DNA of 64,000 bases from Clostridia bacterium. Its GTDB lineage: Bacteria; Bacillota; Clostridia; Oscillospirales; Acutalibacteraceae. The translations under genes were made by a program, and so were the position numbers. The stretch lies in NCBI GenBank assembly GCA_017548045.1, contig JAFYNR010000010.1, forward strand, positions 35,271-99,270, written 5' to 3'. Position 1 is the first letter of the stretch. Each line of letters opens with the position of its first letter. The notes under the pieces are model-generated. The model was not told the origin of the DNA, searched no databases, and was given only the letters and a program-made list of their open reading frames with translations. Shown one piece after another: positions 1-9,874 of the stretch.

Positions 1-167
1 CTGCCCTTGATAAGCGCAGTCAGCATCAGAAGCTGAAACCGAAAATCTTTGACAGAAGATTTCTGAAAAAGCCGAGAAGGCTGAATGCTTCGGCTCTGCG
101 TTTTTCAATTATTATGTAGATTTTACGGAAAGTGTATGGTATAATAATGCTCGTAGGGAGTGAGGTT

Positions 168-2612
168 ATGAAAAAGAAAAGCATTATAAGCTGTGCAGTT
201 ACAACCGTATTTCTCGGTCTGCTCATTTATGCGGCATATTCTCTCTGGTACATATTCTACGGTAAGGACAGTGCCTGGGACGTTCATTTATACACCGTGC
301 TTTCGGGCTCGGCGCTGGGTTGGTTTTTGGCTGTTTTCATCAATTCCTTGCTGAAAAAATCAAGTTGGATTGCAGGGATAATTGCTTTTATTGCAGGCAA
401 CGGTCTTTTTCAGGGGCTTATATGGGGCTTCAACGAAAAAATCAACTATACGGGCAACGACAGCGGAATAGCCGTTGCAAAAAGCTTCACCGTTGTTTTC
501 GCACTTTCCGCAATTTTACTTTTTGCCGCTTTCATACTGAACGCAAAAAAAGGTTGCAAGGTGCTTAATATCATTTTTGCGGTTGTTTACTTTACTGTTT
601 CCTGCGCAGGTTTATATACATTCAACCGTGACAGTCTTTATGCTCTCGAATATAAAAAAGCCATTCGCTTTGACAGCATAACCGCCGAAGAAATAAATGT
701 TACCGACAAAGAAAAAACTCTCTGCAAGGACTGGCTTGAAGGCAATCTTTCATATAAGAGCGAAAGCCTCCCCTTCACCTTCAGCATTGACGGTGAAAAG
801 TTCAACCCCGATGAATGGGAAATCCACGCAACGGAATCACCTGAATTCGGTGCTGTATACAGAGGCGGTCAGACGGAATACAGCATATGGTCAAATGCAG
901 AAAAAGGGCTTGAAATCAAGGTTGAAGCAACTGTTTTTGAAGAAAACGCAACCTGCCAGTGGACTGTTTACATCAAAAATACAGGCAATTCAAATTCGGG
1001 AGTTATCAGCGATTTTTATGCTCTTGATTCATCATTCTCAACAGGTGACGCAACCCTTTACTGCTCAAAAGGCAGTAACACGGCGGCAGGTGATTTCTCC
1101 CTTATGGAAAAACAGCTTACATCTTCACCGAAAAAACTCTCTGCAAACGACGGCAAGCCCACGGAGGAATACCTGCCCTATTTCAATATAGCAGGTGAAA
1201 ATACGGGAATAATTCTGGGCATCGGCTGGACCGGTCAGTGGGCGGCAACACTTGCCGAAACAGACGGCGTAACGGACATCACCGTTAAGCAGGAGCATTT
1301 CGAAGCGTATCTTCTCCCCGGCGAAGAGGTGCGCTCTCCTCTTGTTTCGCTGAGCTTCTATGACAATTCAAACCCCCTCAAGGGCTTCAACCTTTTCAGA
1401 AGCTGGATTACCGACTGCGTTTACCCCGAAAATGTCACAAAAAATGTTTATACCGTTATGGAGGTTGCGGGACCGTTGTCCACAAGAACCTCCGATGAAA
1501 TCATTGAGATTCTTGACGGCATTGACGATTCCGTTTACGCTGAAACCGACGCTTTCTGGATGGATGCAGGCTGGTACGAATATAATGAAGGCTGGTACGA
1601 CGGTGTGGGCAACTGGACTGTTGACACAAAGAGATACGACAACGGCATATCCGAGCTTTCCGGCTACGCAAAAAGCAAGGGTCTGGGTCACGTTCTCTGG
1701 TATGAGCCCGAAAGAGTTTTCCCCGGCACCGAATTCCACAGCACGGGCTCACAGCACGAGCAATGGCTTATTTACGGCAGCGGAGATAACGTTATGTGGA
1801 ATCTCGCCGACGAAGACGCCTTCAATTACTACTGCGAATATCTGCTGAATTCTCTCAAAGAAAACGGCGTTACAATTTACCGTCAGGATTTCAACTTTGC
1901 GCCCCTTGAATACTGGCAGAAGGCAGACGAGGAATTCTACGGCGGAAGAACGGGTATCTGCGAAAACCGTTACGTCACCAATCTTTACAGATATCTTGAT
2001 TACCTTTGTGAAAATATTGACGGACTCATAATAGACAACTGTGCCTCGGGCGGTAAGAGACTTGACCTTGAAATGACATACAGAAGCATCCCGTTCTGGA
2101 GAAGCGACTATAACTGCGCCGTTCACTATGACCTTTTTGAAGCAACGCAATCGCAGACCTACGGCCTTTCTTTCTGGCTTCCCATTTCGGGCACCGCACT
2201 GAATATGCAGAGTGAATATTCATCAAGGTCGGCAATAATCCCCCTTTTTCTTATGGATTTCTATGCTAACACAAGCCCCGATTTCAGCTTCTACACGGAG
2301 CAGAGAGAATTTATGACGGGCAACTATTATCCCCTTGATTTCGGTAGCTTTGATAAGAATAAGATGCTGGCTATGCAGTATTCTGCAGATGACGGTCTTT
2401 CGGGCACGGTGCTTATCTACAAGCGTGCAGAGGTTACTGAATCGGAATATACCGTTATTCTCAACGGTCTTGTGCCAGCACAAACTTACAGCATTTATGA
2501 CATTGATTCACCCGATAAGGTTCATACCCTGACAGGCGAAAAACTTATGAGCGAAGGGCTGACAATCCCCCTTCCCGAAGGTGAAAAGGCAATTATACTG
2601 ATGTATAATTAG
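168..2612 (+). CDS. GH36 alpha-galactosidase with N-terminal multi-pass membrane domain
   Basis: GH36 motifs FWMDAGWY, LWYEPE, YRQDFN, IDNCASGGKRLD, FWRSD; about 5 hydrophobic helices in the first ~155 aa; ATG 168 follows GAGG RBS and TG-N-TATAAT at 137-145. Confidence 0.85.
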   Translation: MKKKSIISCAVTTVFLGLLIYAAYSLWYIFYGKDSAWDVHLYTVLSGSALGWFLAVFINSLLKKSSWIAGIIAFIAGNGLFQGLIWGFNEKINYTGNDSGIAVAKSFTVVFALSAILLFAAFILNAKKGCKVLNIIFAVVYFTVSCAGLYTFNRDSLYALEYKKAIRFDSITAEEINVTDKEKTLCKDWLEGNLSYKSESLPFTFSIDGEKFNPDEWEIHATESPEFGAVYRGGQTEYSIWSNAEKGLEIKVEATVFEENATCQWTVYIKNTGNSNSGVISDFYALDSSFSTGDATLYCSKGSNTAAGDFSLMEKQLTSSPKKLSANDGKPTEEYLPYFNIAGENTGIILGIGWTGQWAATLAETDGVTDITVKQEHFEAYLLPGEEVRSPLVSLSFYDNSNPLKGFNLFRSWITDCVYPENVTKNVYTVMEVAGPLSTRTSDEIIEILDGIDDSVYAETDAFWMDAGWYEYNEGWYDGVGNWTVDTKRYDNGISELSGYAKSKGLGHVLWYEPERVFPGTEFHSTGSQHEQWLIYGSGDNVMWNLADEDAFNYYCEYLLNSLKENGVTIYRQDFNFAPLEYWQKADEEFYGGRTGICENRYVTNLYRYLDYLCENIDGLIIDNCASGGKRLDLEMTYRSIPFWRSDYNCAVHYDLFEATQSQTYGLSFWLPISGTALNMQSEYSSRSAIIPLFLMDFYANTSPDFSFYTEQREFMTGNYYPLDFGSFDKNKMLAMQYSADDGLSGTVLIYKRAEVTESEYTVILNGLVPAQTYSIYDIDSPDKVHTLTGEKLMSEGLTIPLPEGEKAIILMYN

Positions 2613-2618
2613 TTTTAC

Positions 2619-2649
2619 GGCAGAGAGGTTTATTCTCTCTGCCTTTTTT
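2619..2649 (+). terminator. Rho-independent terminator
   Basis: GGCAGAGAG-loop-CTCTCTGCC followed by T-run directly after the stop codon. Confidence 0.8.
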
Positions 2650-2650
2650 A

Positions 2651-2678
2651 TTGCAAATTTATATAGATATGGTATAAT
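2651..2678 (+). promoter_or_regulatory. sigma-A-like promoter for the GH3 gene
   Basis: TTGCAA-N16-TATAAT with extended TG. Confidence 0.55.
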
Positions 2679-2713
2679 ATATACATAATTGAGTCTGTAA
2701 GGAGGCTTCGTTT

Positions 2714-5203
2714 ATGAAAAAAGGCAAAAACCCGTTCAGGCGCACAATTTCGGTTATCCTTGCGGTGATTATGATTTTCTCCTCGGGAACCGTTGTGTTT
2801 GCCGCTTCAGACCTTATTTCGGAAGAAACTTCGGCAAAATCCGTTGAGATTGCAGAAAAAATCGAGTCCGAAGGAATTGTTCTTCTGAAAAATGAGGATA
2901 ACATTCTGCCTCTCGAAACCGGAAAGGTTAACGTTTTCGGTGCCGCCTCCTGCGCAATCGCATTTGCAGGCGCCGCAGGCTCGGGTGCGGTACGCTCCTC
3001 AGATGCGGTAGGCTTTTACGATGCCCTTGAAAATGCGGGTATTGAATACAACAAAGACCTTTACGGCATCTATGCACGGTACACGGGCACTACCTTCAAT
3101 TCGGGTCTTATCGGCTACGTTATAACCGTACTGAAGCAGTTTTTCGGCGGCGGTCAGTCCGAAATGCCCGTTAATAAAATCAGCGATTCCGTTATGAACG
3201 ATGCCGCTGAATACTCACAGACCGCAATCATCGTTATCGGCAGAGTCGGCACGGAAATGAAGGATTTAAGCATTGAAACCCTTAACCTTACCGACGACGA
3301 AAAGGATATGATTGACAGAGTTTGCTCAACCTTTTCCGACGTTATCGTTGTATTCAACATTTCAAACATAACCGATATGTCCTGGCTTGAGGATTATGAC
3401 AGCATCAAGGCCGCAATGATTATGTGGCTCCCCGGCGAGGTTGCAACAAACAGCGTGGGCAAGGTGCTCACAGGCGAGGTCAACCCCTCGGGTAAGCTTG
3501 CAGACACAATTTCATACGATATCGAAGATCACCCCGCATCGCAGAATTTCGGCAGTTATACATATAAGGGCATTATCGGCATCCCCAAATACTTCGTCAA
3601 TTACAGTGAAGGCATTTACGTAGGTTACAGATATTTCGAAACCTTTGCACCCGAAAAGGTGCAGTATCCCTTCGGCTTCGGTCTTTCGTACACGGATTTC
3701 GGGTGGAACGTAACGGATTACACCGCCTCCGATGACGAAATCACCGTAACCGTTAACGTTACAAACACCGGTGACAGAGCAGGCAAGGAAGTTGTTCAGC
3801 TTTATTTCTCGGCTCCCTACTATAAAGGAGGAATTGAAAAAAGCGCCATCGAGCTTGCGGCATACGGCAAAACAGGGCTTCTTGCCCCCGGCGAAAGCGA
3901 AATGGTGAAATTATCATTTGACGTCAGTGATATGGCATCCTACGATTCAAAAGCAGAGGAAGCCTGGGTGCTTGATGAGGGTGAATATAAAATCTGCGTT
4001 GCCCGCGATATAAGAACCTTTGAAGAAACCTTCACCTATACGATTGACGATACCGTTACCTACAAAACCGACGATAATTCGGGCAACGAAATAACCAATC
4101 TTTTTGAGCAGGCGGAGGGCGGCCTTACGTATCTTTCACGAAGCGACCCCGAAGGCACCTACCCCACTCCCCCTACGGATTACAAGGCACCTGCACAGGT
4201 GAAAAGCAGCGACCAAAGACCTGACCCCGTTACCGAGGGTGAGGCACCCAAAACAGGTGTAAAATACGGTAAAACGATAACTCTGCAGGACGTTGCACAG
4301 GATGAAAGCCTCTGGGATGCATTCCTTGACCAGCTTACCGTCAGCGAAATGATTACCCTTATCACCGATTGCGGCTATGAAACCGCAGGCATTGACAGGC
4401 TGGGAATTCCCGCAACGTCGGATAACGACGGTCCCTCCTGCATCAAGGGCTCGGGCGGTCTGCTTTATTCGGATTGCGGCCTTGCATTCCCTGTTGCAAC
4501 GGCGCTTGCCTGCACCTGGAATGATGAGCTGGCGGAGGAATTCGGCGAAATCATCGGTGAAGAAGGCAATCAGCTGGGTACTCACGTATGGTACGCACCC
4601 GGCTGTAACATCCACCGCAGTCCTCAAGGCGGCAGAAACAACGAATATTATTCCGAAGATCCCCTGCTTTCGGGCAGAATGTCCGCCGCAGTTACACGCG
4701 GCGTGCAGTCAAAGGGTATAGTAGTGACGGTAAAGCACTTCGCCGCCAACGAGCAGGAAACAAACAGACAGTCCAACGGTCTTTACACCTGGGCAAGCGA
4801 GCAGTCATTGAGAGAAATTTATCTTGAGCCCTTTGAGATTTCCGTCAAGGAAGGCGAGGCAAAGGGAATTATGTCCGCATATAACAGAATCGGCAGTGAA
4901 TGGTGCGGCGGAAGCAAGGCGCTCATTACCGACCTTCTCAGAAACGAATGGGGCTTTGACGGCTTCGTTATCACCGACGCAAGCATCGACCTTACAGGTA
5001 AAGGCTACCTTGACCCTGCACTTGCGGTTTATGCACGCAACAGCGGTATTCTTACAATGCTCTACGTTGTATCCGCACCTCAGACAATTCTTTCACTCAG
5101 AATTGCATACGCAAAAGACCCCATAGGCTTCGGCAACGCAATGCGCCTTTGCGTTTATGACATCTGCCGAATGAAGATGGAAACCAAAGCATTTACAGAA
5201 TAA
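2714..5203 (+). CDS. Secreted GH3 beta-glucosidase, inverted domain order (GH3_C, Fn3-like, GH3_N)
   Basis: Signal peptide; EGIVLLKN, YSEGIYVGYRYFETF, DGP, GGRNNEYYSEDP, VKHFAANEQE, FVITD motifs. Confidence 0.9.
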   Translation: MKKGKNPFRRTISVILAVIMIFSSGTVVFAASDLISEETSAKSVEIAEKIESEGIVLLKNEDNILPLETGKVNVFGAASCAIAFAGAAGSGAVRSSDAVGFYDALENAGIEYNKDLYGIYARYTGTTFNSGLIGYVITVLKQFFGGGQSEMPVNKISDSVMNDAAEYSQTAIIVIGRVGTEMKDLSIETLNLTDDEKDMIDRVCSTFSDVIVVFNISNITDMSWLEDYDSIKAAMIMWLPGEVATNSVGKVLTGEVNPSGKLADTISYDIEDHPASQNFGSYTYKGIIGIPKYFVNYSEGIYVGYRYFETFAPEKVQYPFGFGLSYTDFGWNVTDYTASDDEITVTVNVTNTGDRAGKEVVQLYFSAPYYKGGIEKSAIELAAYGKTGLLAPGESEMVKLSFDVSDMASYDSKAEEAWVLDEGEYKICVARDIRTFEETFTYTIDDTVTYKTDDNSGNEITNLFEQAEGGLTYLSRSDPEGTYPTPPTDYKAPAQVKSSDQRPDPVTEGEAPKTGVKYGKTITLQDVAQDESLWDAFLDQLTVSEMITLITDCGYETAGIDRLGIPATSDNDGPSCIKGSGGLLYSDCGLAFPVATALACTWNDELAEEFGEIIGEEGNQLGTHVWYAPGCNIHRSPQGGRNNEYYSEDPLLSGRMSAAVTRGVQSKGIVVTVKHFAANEQETNRQSNGLYTWASEQSLREIYLEPFEISVKEGEAKGIMSAYNRIGSEWCGGSKALITDLLRNEWGFDGFVITDASIDLTGKGYLDPALAVYARNSGILTMLYVVSAPQTILSLRIAYAKDPIGFGNAMRLCVYDICRMKMETKAFTE

Positions 5204-5217
5204 AAAGGAAGTATCTT

Positions 5218-6573
5218 ATGAAAATAGCAGTTATCAACGGCAGCCCCAAGGGCAAATACAGCATTACCCTGCAAACCGTACTTTATCTTGAAAAAAAATT
5301 CCCTCAGCACGAATTCAGCGTGCTCAACGCAGGTCAGCAGATAAAGGCTCTCGAAAAGAATTTTGACAAAGCGAAGGCTCTGCTTGAAGGCTCGGATGCG
5401 GTTCTTTTTTCCTACCCCGTATACACCTTCTTTGCCCCATCTCAGCTTCACCGCTTCATTGAGCTTATGAAGTCGACAGGTGTTGACGTTTCGGGCAAAT
5501 ACGCAACGCAGATTTCAACCTCAAAGCATTTCTACGATATCACCGCACACAAATACATTGAGGAAAACGCGCTTGATATGGGTATGCGTTACATCCGCGG
5601 TCTTTCGGCGGATATGGAGGATCTGCTTGAAGAAAAAGGCAGGGAGGATGCGAAAAAATTCTTTGAACGATTCCTTTGGGCGGTAAGCGAAGAAATTTAC
5701 ACTTCAGCACCCGTAAAAACAGCCTCCTATTCACCCGTTGCGCCCACGGACGCACCTGAAAGCGGCAGCAAAAAAGACGGCAAGGATATAATTATCCTTA
5801 CCGACGAAACCAACCCCGATTCAAATTTAGGCAAAATGATTAACCGCTTCCGCAGTGTATTCGGCTATAAAACGAGAATCGTCAATATTTCGGAATTCCC
5901 CCTTGCAGGCGGCTGTCTGGGCTGCTTCCGCTGTGCAGTCAGCGAAAAATGCGTTTATAAGGACGGCTTCGACACCTTCCTGCGTGAAAATATTCAGAAG
6001 GCTGATGCCATTGTTTACGCCTTCACAATTTCCGATCACTCCATGGGTTCACGCTTCAAGATGTATGACGACAGAAACTTCTGCAACGGCCACAGAACGG
6101 TTACGGTGGGTATGCCCGCAGGCTACCTCGTTTCGGGCAATTATTCCGAAGAAAACAACCTGCGTAACGTTATTGAAGCAAGAAGCGAAACAGGCGGCAA
6201 CTTCCTTGCAGGAGTTGCAACGGATGAATATGACACTGACAGGCAGATTGATACTCTTGCCAAATCCCTTGCATTCGCACTTGAAACAAAGCATACCGCA
6301 CCGCAGAATTTCTGGGGCGTGGGCGGAATGAAAATATTCCGCGACCTTATCTACCAGATGAGGGGTATGATGAAAGCCGACCACAAATTCTATAAAAAGC
6401 AGGGAATTTATGATTTCCCACAGAAAAACAAAGGCAAGGCAATGCTTATGTATGCGGTAGGCGCATTGCTTTCAAGCGAAAAGATTCTCTCAAAAATGGG
6501 CAACAGAATGAACGAGGGTATGCTTATGCCGTATGAGCAGATTCTCAAAAAGACGGATAACGAGAATAAATAA
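5218..6573 (+). CDS. Tandem flavodoxin-fold NAD(P)H-dependent FMN reductase / iron-sulfur flavoprotein
   Basis: N-terminal INGSPKG FMN-binding loop; second domain with CLGCFRC-x5-C (Isf-type cysteine motif). Confidence 0.75.
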   Translation: MKIAVINGSPKGKYSITLQTVLYLEKKFPQHEFSVLNAGQQIKALEKNFDKAKALLEGSDAVLFSYPVYTFFAPSQLHRFIELMKSTGVDVSGKYATQISTSKHFYDITAHKYIEENALDMGMRYIRGLSADMEDLLEEKGREDAKKFFERFLWAVSEEIYTSAPVKTASYSPVAPTDAPESGSKKDGKDIIILTDETNPDSNLGKMINRFRSVFGYKTRIVNISEFPLAGGCLGCFRCAVSEKCVYKDGFDTFLRENIQKADAIVYAFTISDHSMGSRFKMYDDRNFCNGHRTVTVGMPAGYLVSGNYSEENNLRNVIEARSETGGNFLAGVATDEYDTDRQIDTLAKSLAFALETKHTAPQNFWGVGGMKIFRDLIYQMRGMMKADHKFYKKQGIYDFPQKNKGKAMLMYAVGALLSSEKILSKMGNRMNEGMLMPYEQILKKTDNENK

Positions 6574-6589
6574 TCTCAACAAGAAGAAA

Positions 6590-6628
6590 CGGATTGCAAA
6601 GATTAACTCTCTGCAATCCGCTTTTTTA
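6590..6628. terminator. Bidirectional terminator between convergent genes
   Basis: CGGATTGCA-N13-TGCAATCCG stem with flanking T/A runs. Confidence 0.7.
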
Positions 6629-7462
6629 TTTTTTAAATCCGCCGCCAACGGTCAGCGTATTATCCATAATAACCGATGTGCTTTTAACATCCTTGCCGAA
6701 AGCCTTGTAATTATTCATACTGATTTCAACGGTGTAGCTCCACGTACCGCTGATGATTCTGCCGTTGCCGTCAACAACAGCCTTGACTTTGGGGTTGGTG
6801 TAATAAATCTTTGTGTCATCATCTGACAGTTCAAGGGGCAATCCCAGGTCTGTAAGCTGAGTCACAACCTGACCGATATCGCCTACCGCCGTGATTGCGT
6901 GACCGACAGAGCCCGAATTTGCATCCTCACGGGGACCGGAAACCTGCTTTTTCATAACCATTTCAACAACGGTGTTACTGCCGCTTTTATATGCCTTTGC
7001 TGATGCAACGTCTGCCGCAACAAGATTTTCATATCCGCCTGTGATGCCGTCAACCTCCTCGGAATTGTTGGAAATCAGCTTTGACATTATGGGCATAATA
7101 AAGTTGATTGCGCTCTCATATTCTCCGTTGTTGATTGAAACGTCCTTGAGGGTGATTTCACGGTATGACTTTGCGTTTGCGGTTGTTTTTGCCGCTGCAT
7201 TTTTATAGAATTCAACAATCTGCTCCGTATTCCACAGCGACGGGTCATCCGTAACTGCCGTTGTTTCTTCGGAAGAAGCCTGTGTTTCATTATCGGAAGG
7301 TTTTGCTGCAGCCTGTGTTATTTCTTCCGCTTCCGTTGTTACCTCCTCTGCCGCCGCAGTTGTTGCTACGGGTTCTTCGGCATTTTCACCGTTCTTACAG
7401 GCAGAAAATGAAAAAAGAACCGCAAGCGTAAGAAATAAAGCAATTATTTTTTTGAAATTCAT
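6626..7462 (-). CDS. Hypothetical lipoprotein with Ala/Thr/Glu-rich linker
   Basis: Lipobox FSAC after a hydrophobic N-terminus; own TTGACA-N17-TAAAAT promoter upstream on the minus strand. Confidence 0.7.
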   Translation of the reverse strand: MNFKKIIALFLTLAVLFSFSACKNGENAEEPVATTAAAEEVTTEAEEITQAAAKPSDNETQASSEETTAVTDDPSLWNTEQIVEFYKNAAAKTTANAKSYREITLKDVSINNGEYESAINFIMPIMSKLISNNSEEVDGITGGYENLVAADVASAKAYKSGSNTVVEMVMKKQVSGPREDANSGSVGHAITAVGDIGQVVTQLTDLGLPLELSDDDTKIYYTNPKVKAVVDGNGRIISGTWSYTVEISMNNYKAFGKDVKSTSVIMDNTLTVGGGFKK

Positions 7463-7551
7463 TATTATCACCCCGTTTTTGTTATCAACATTTTACCAAA
7501 CAGAAGGATATTTTGTCAAGGTTGAATAAAAAGCTGAATTTTTGTGCAAAA

Positions 7552-7587
7552 AAAAGATTGCATCGGAATTCACCTTTGCAATCTTTT
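7552..7587 (-). terminator. Terminator of the acyl-CoA synthetase gene
   Basis: AAAAGATTGCA...TGCAATCTTTT stem; T-run on the minus strand. Confidence 0.7.
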
Positions 7588-7592
7588 CGTAA

Positions 7593-9227
7593 TTATTTAT
7601 CGTAGTTTCTTGCGATTTTGAGGGTTGTTGTTTTGGGGAATTCTTCATCACGAACCTTGAATCTGCCGATATTCTTGAAAAGAGGCATTTCACGGTTGAA
7701 GTTATCAACGTCACCCTTTATTCTGCTTCTTGCATCGGGATAATCCTCTTCGTTAAGGAAGAATTCGGCAACGATTCTGCCGTCCTCCTCATAAACGAGA
7801 ACTTCCTTTACATAATCGATTCTGTAAAGCTTATCCTCCAGCTCTTCGGGAGATACGTTCTTACCGTTTGAAAGGCAGATAAGGTTCTTCTTTCTGCCAA
7901 CCATAAAGAGGAAGCCGTCTTCGTCGATTCTGCCGTGGTCACCCGTGATAAGCCATTCGCCGTCGAATGCCGCCGCAGTTGCTTCGGGGTCGTTATAGTA
8001 TCCTGCCATAACGTTTGTACCCCTTACGTAGATTTCACCTACGCCCTCCTCATCAGGATTGTTGATTTTGATTTCACAGCAATCGAGAGGAACGCCTACA
8101 CTGCCGAACTTACGCTTGTCGGGTCTGTTGCAGGTTATACCGGGCGAACACTCGGTCATACCGTAGCCGTTATAAACCTCGATGCCGAAGTCGTGCATAC
8201 CCTTTTCGTATTTGGGGTCAAGGTTTGCGCCGCCGCATACAATCATATTAAGGTTGCCGCCCAGATTATCAATGATTGTTTTGAAAATCTTACGGCGTCT
8301 GTCAATACCCAGCTTCATAAGAGTATTGCTGATTTTAAGGCCTTTTTTGAGAATATCCTCTCTGCCCGTTCTTCTTGCTGTTTTCCAGATACGGTCATAA
8401 ATTGTTTCAACAACAAGAGGCACGCCCGAGAAGTTATAGGGCTGAATTTTTTTAAGGTCACCCTGTATGCTGCCGATGCTGTCGCAAAGATAACCCCACT
8501 GAGAAAGAATATACGATGAGAAAAGTGCGCTTACCCAGGCATATGTATGGTTAAGAGGAAGGAAGCCTATTGCGTGGCCGCCCGTATGTGCACGGCAGGC
8601 CGACGAGCAGTTGCTTGAAATGTTGAACTGTGTAAGCATAACGCCCTTGCTCTTTGCGGTTGTGCCTGAGGTATAGGCAATGCAGGCAAGGTCATCGGGC
8701 TCAACCTTTGCATCCGCAAACGAGGTATCGCCTGCGTCAAGAGCAGCCTGACCTTCCTTAAGGTAGTCTTCGTAATTGTCGCTGATATTGAAATAAACCA
8801 TTTCGGGCATTGCGGGATCAGCTTTGAAGCTCTCTGCCATTTCAATGAATTTTGAAGTGATGATAAGTGCGTCGCAGTCGCAACGGATAAGCTGATCTGC
8901 CAGATCCTCTGCGGGAAGCTTGCAATCCATGGGAACGGTAACGTTACCGCCTACGAGAGTTGCATAATAGGCAACCATCCACTCATAGCAGTTTTCACCG
9001 ATAATTGCAATCTTCTTTTTGCCGTCAAGGCCTCTGAGCTTGAAGCAGGTGCCGAGAGCATTCATTTCATTCCAGGTATCGTTGAAGGTTCTCGTACATT
9101 CATTTTTGTTCTTATCGAGGAACATATACTGTTTTTTGTCTCCGCCGCGCTGAGTACCCGTAACAACAATCTCTTTGACAGTCTTATACGTAGGCACTTC
9201 AGGTCTTACGGATTTATTCTTTTTCAT
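7593..9227 (-). CDS. Long-chain acyl-CoA synthetase (AMP-binding enzyme)
   Basis: YTSGTTAKSKGV, NGYGMTECSP, TGDHGRID, GRKKNLI.LSNGKNVSPEELE motifs. Confidence 0.9.
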   Translation of the reverse strand: MKKNKSVRPEVPTYKTVKEIVVTGTQRGGDKKQYMFLDKNKNECTRTFNDTWNEMNALGTCFKLRGLDGKKKIAIIGENCYEWMVAYYATLVGGNVTVPMDCKLPAEDLADQLIRCDCDALIITSKFIEMAESFKADPAMPEMVYFNISDNYEDYLKEGQAALDAGDTSFADAKVEPDDLACIAYTSGTTAKSKGVMLTQFNISSNCSSACRAHTGGHAIGFLPLNHTYAWVSALFSSYILSQWGYLCDSIGSIQGDLKKIQPYNFSGVPLVVETIYDRIWKTARRTGREDILKKGLKISNTLMKLGIDRRRKIFKTIIDNLGGNLNMIVCGGANLDPKYEKGMHDFGIEVYNGYGMTECSPGITCNRPDKRKFGSVGVPLDCCEIKINNPDEEGVGEIYVRGTNVMAGYYNDPEATAAAFDGEWLITGDHGRIDEDGFLFMVGRKKNLICLSNGKNVSPEELEDKLYRIDYVKEVLVYEEDGRIVAEFFLNEEDYPDARSRIKGDVDNFNREMPLFKNIGRFKVRDEEFPKTTTLKIARNYDK

Positions 9228-9385
9228 AACACAATCACTTCCTGAACCATATATATGTATACAATTTTCACACTTTGTCCATTTTATCACAACATTATTT
9301 GTTTTTCAACAAAAAAGTATTGATTTTTTTCAGTCAATAAGGTATGATTATCTAAATATAACATTCATTATTTAAGGAGATTGCA

Positions 9386-9874
9386 ATGAGAATTTTTATT
9401 GTTTGCCTCATAGCCTGGTTTATTGCGCAGCTTATTAAGGTTATTATAAATTTCACAAAATACGTTATTGATAAGAAAAAGGGCCGCAAGGCAAAGAAAG
9501 TTACCCTTGAAACCCTTTTCAAGCTTGGCGGTATGCCCAGCTCACACACCGCAACCGTTATTGCTCTTTGCGGATGCATCGGACTTCATAACGGCTTCAA
9601 CTCCGATATTTTTGCCGTCAGCGGTGTTTTTGCATTCATCACAATGTTTGACGCCTTCAAGGTAAGACTTCCCGTAAGCAGACTTACCGATGCTTTCAAC
9701 CGCATTCAGGCAAAGGTATGCGGCAACGAAGCAGAGGATGTGAAGAAGGTTGAAGGCCACACAATCCCCGAAATCATCGGCGGCTTCATCGTAGGTCTTT
9801 CGGTTGCACTGTTTATGGTCAAGGTCGTGGGCATTTACGAGCTTGAGCTCAACTTCTTCCCCTTTAATCTGTAA
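9386..9874 (+). CDS. Divergent PAP2 family membrane protein (DUF212)
   Basis: GGMPSSH, MFDA, GHT.PEII.G motifs. Confidence 0.85.
   Translation: MRIFIVCLIAWFIAQLIKVIINFTKYVIDKKKGRKAKKVTLETLFKLGGMPSSHTATVIALCGCIGLHNGFNSDIFAVSGVFAFITMFDAFKVRLPVSRLTDAFNRIQAKVCGNEAEDVKKVEGHTIPEIIGGFIVGLSVALFMVKVVGIYELELNFFPFNL

Noticed and set aside
26-226. 66-aa minus-strand ORF with an amphipathic C-terminus
   Set aside because: Overlaps the GH36 promoter and start, has no RBS and no recognisable motif.
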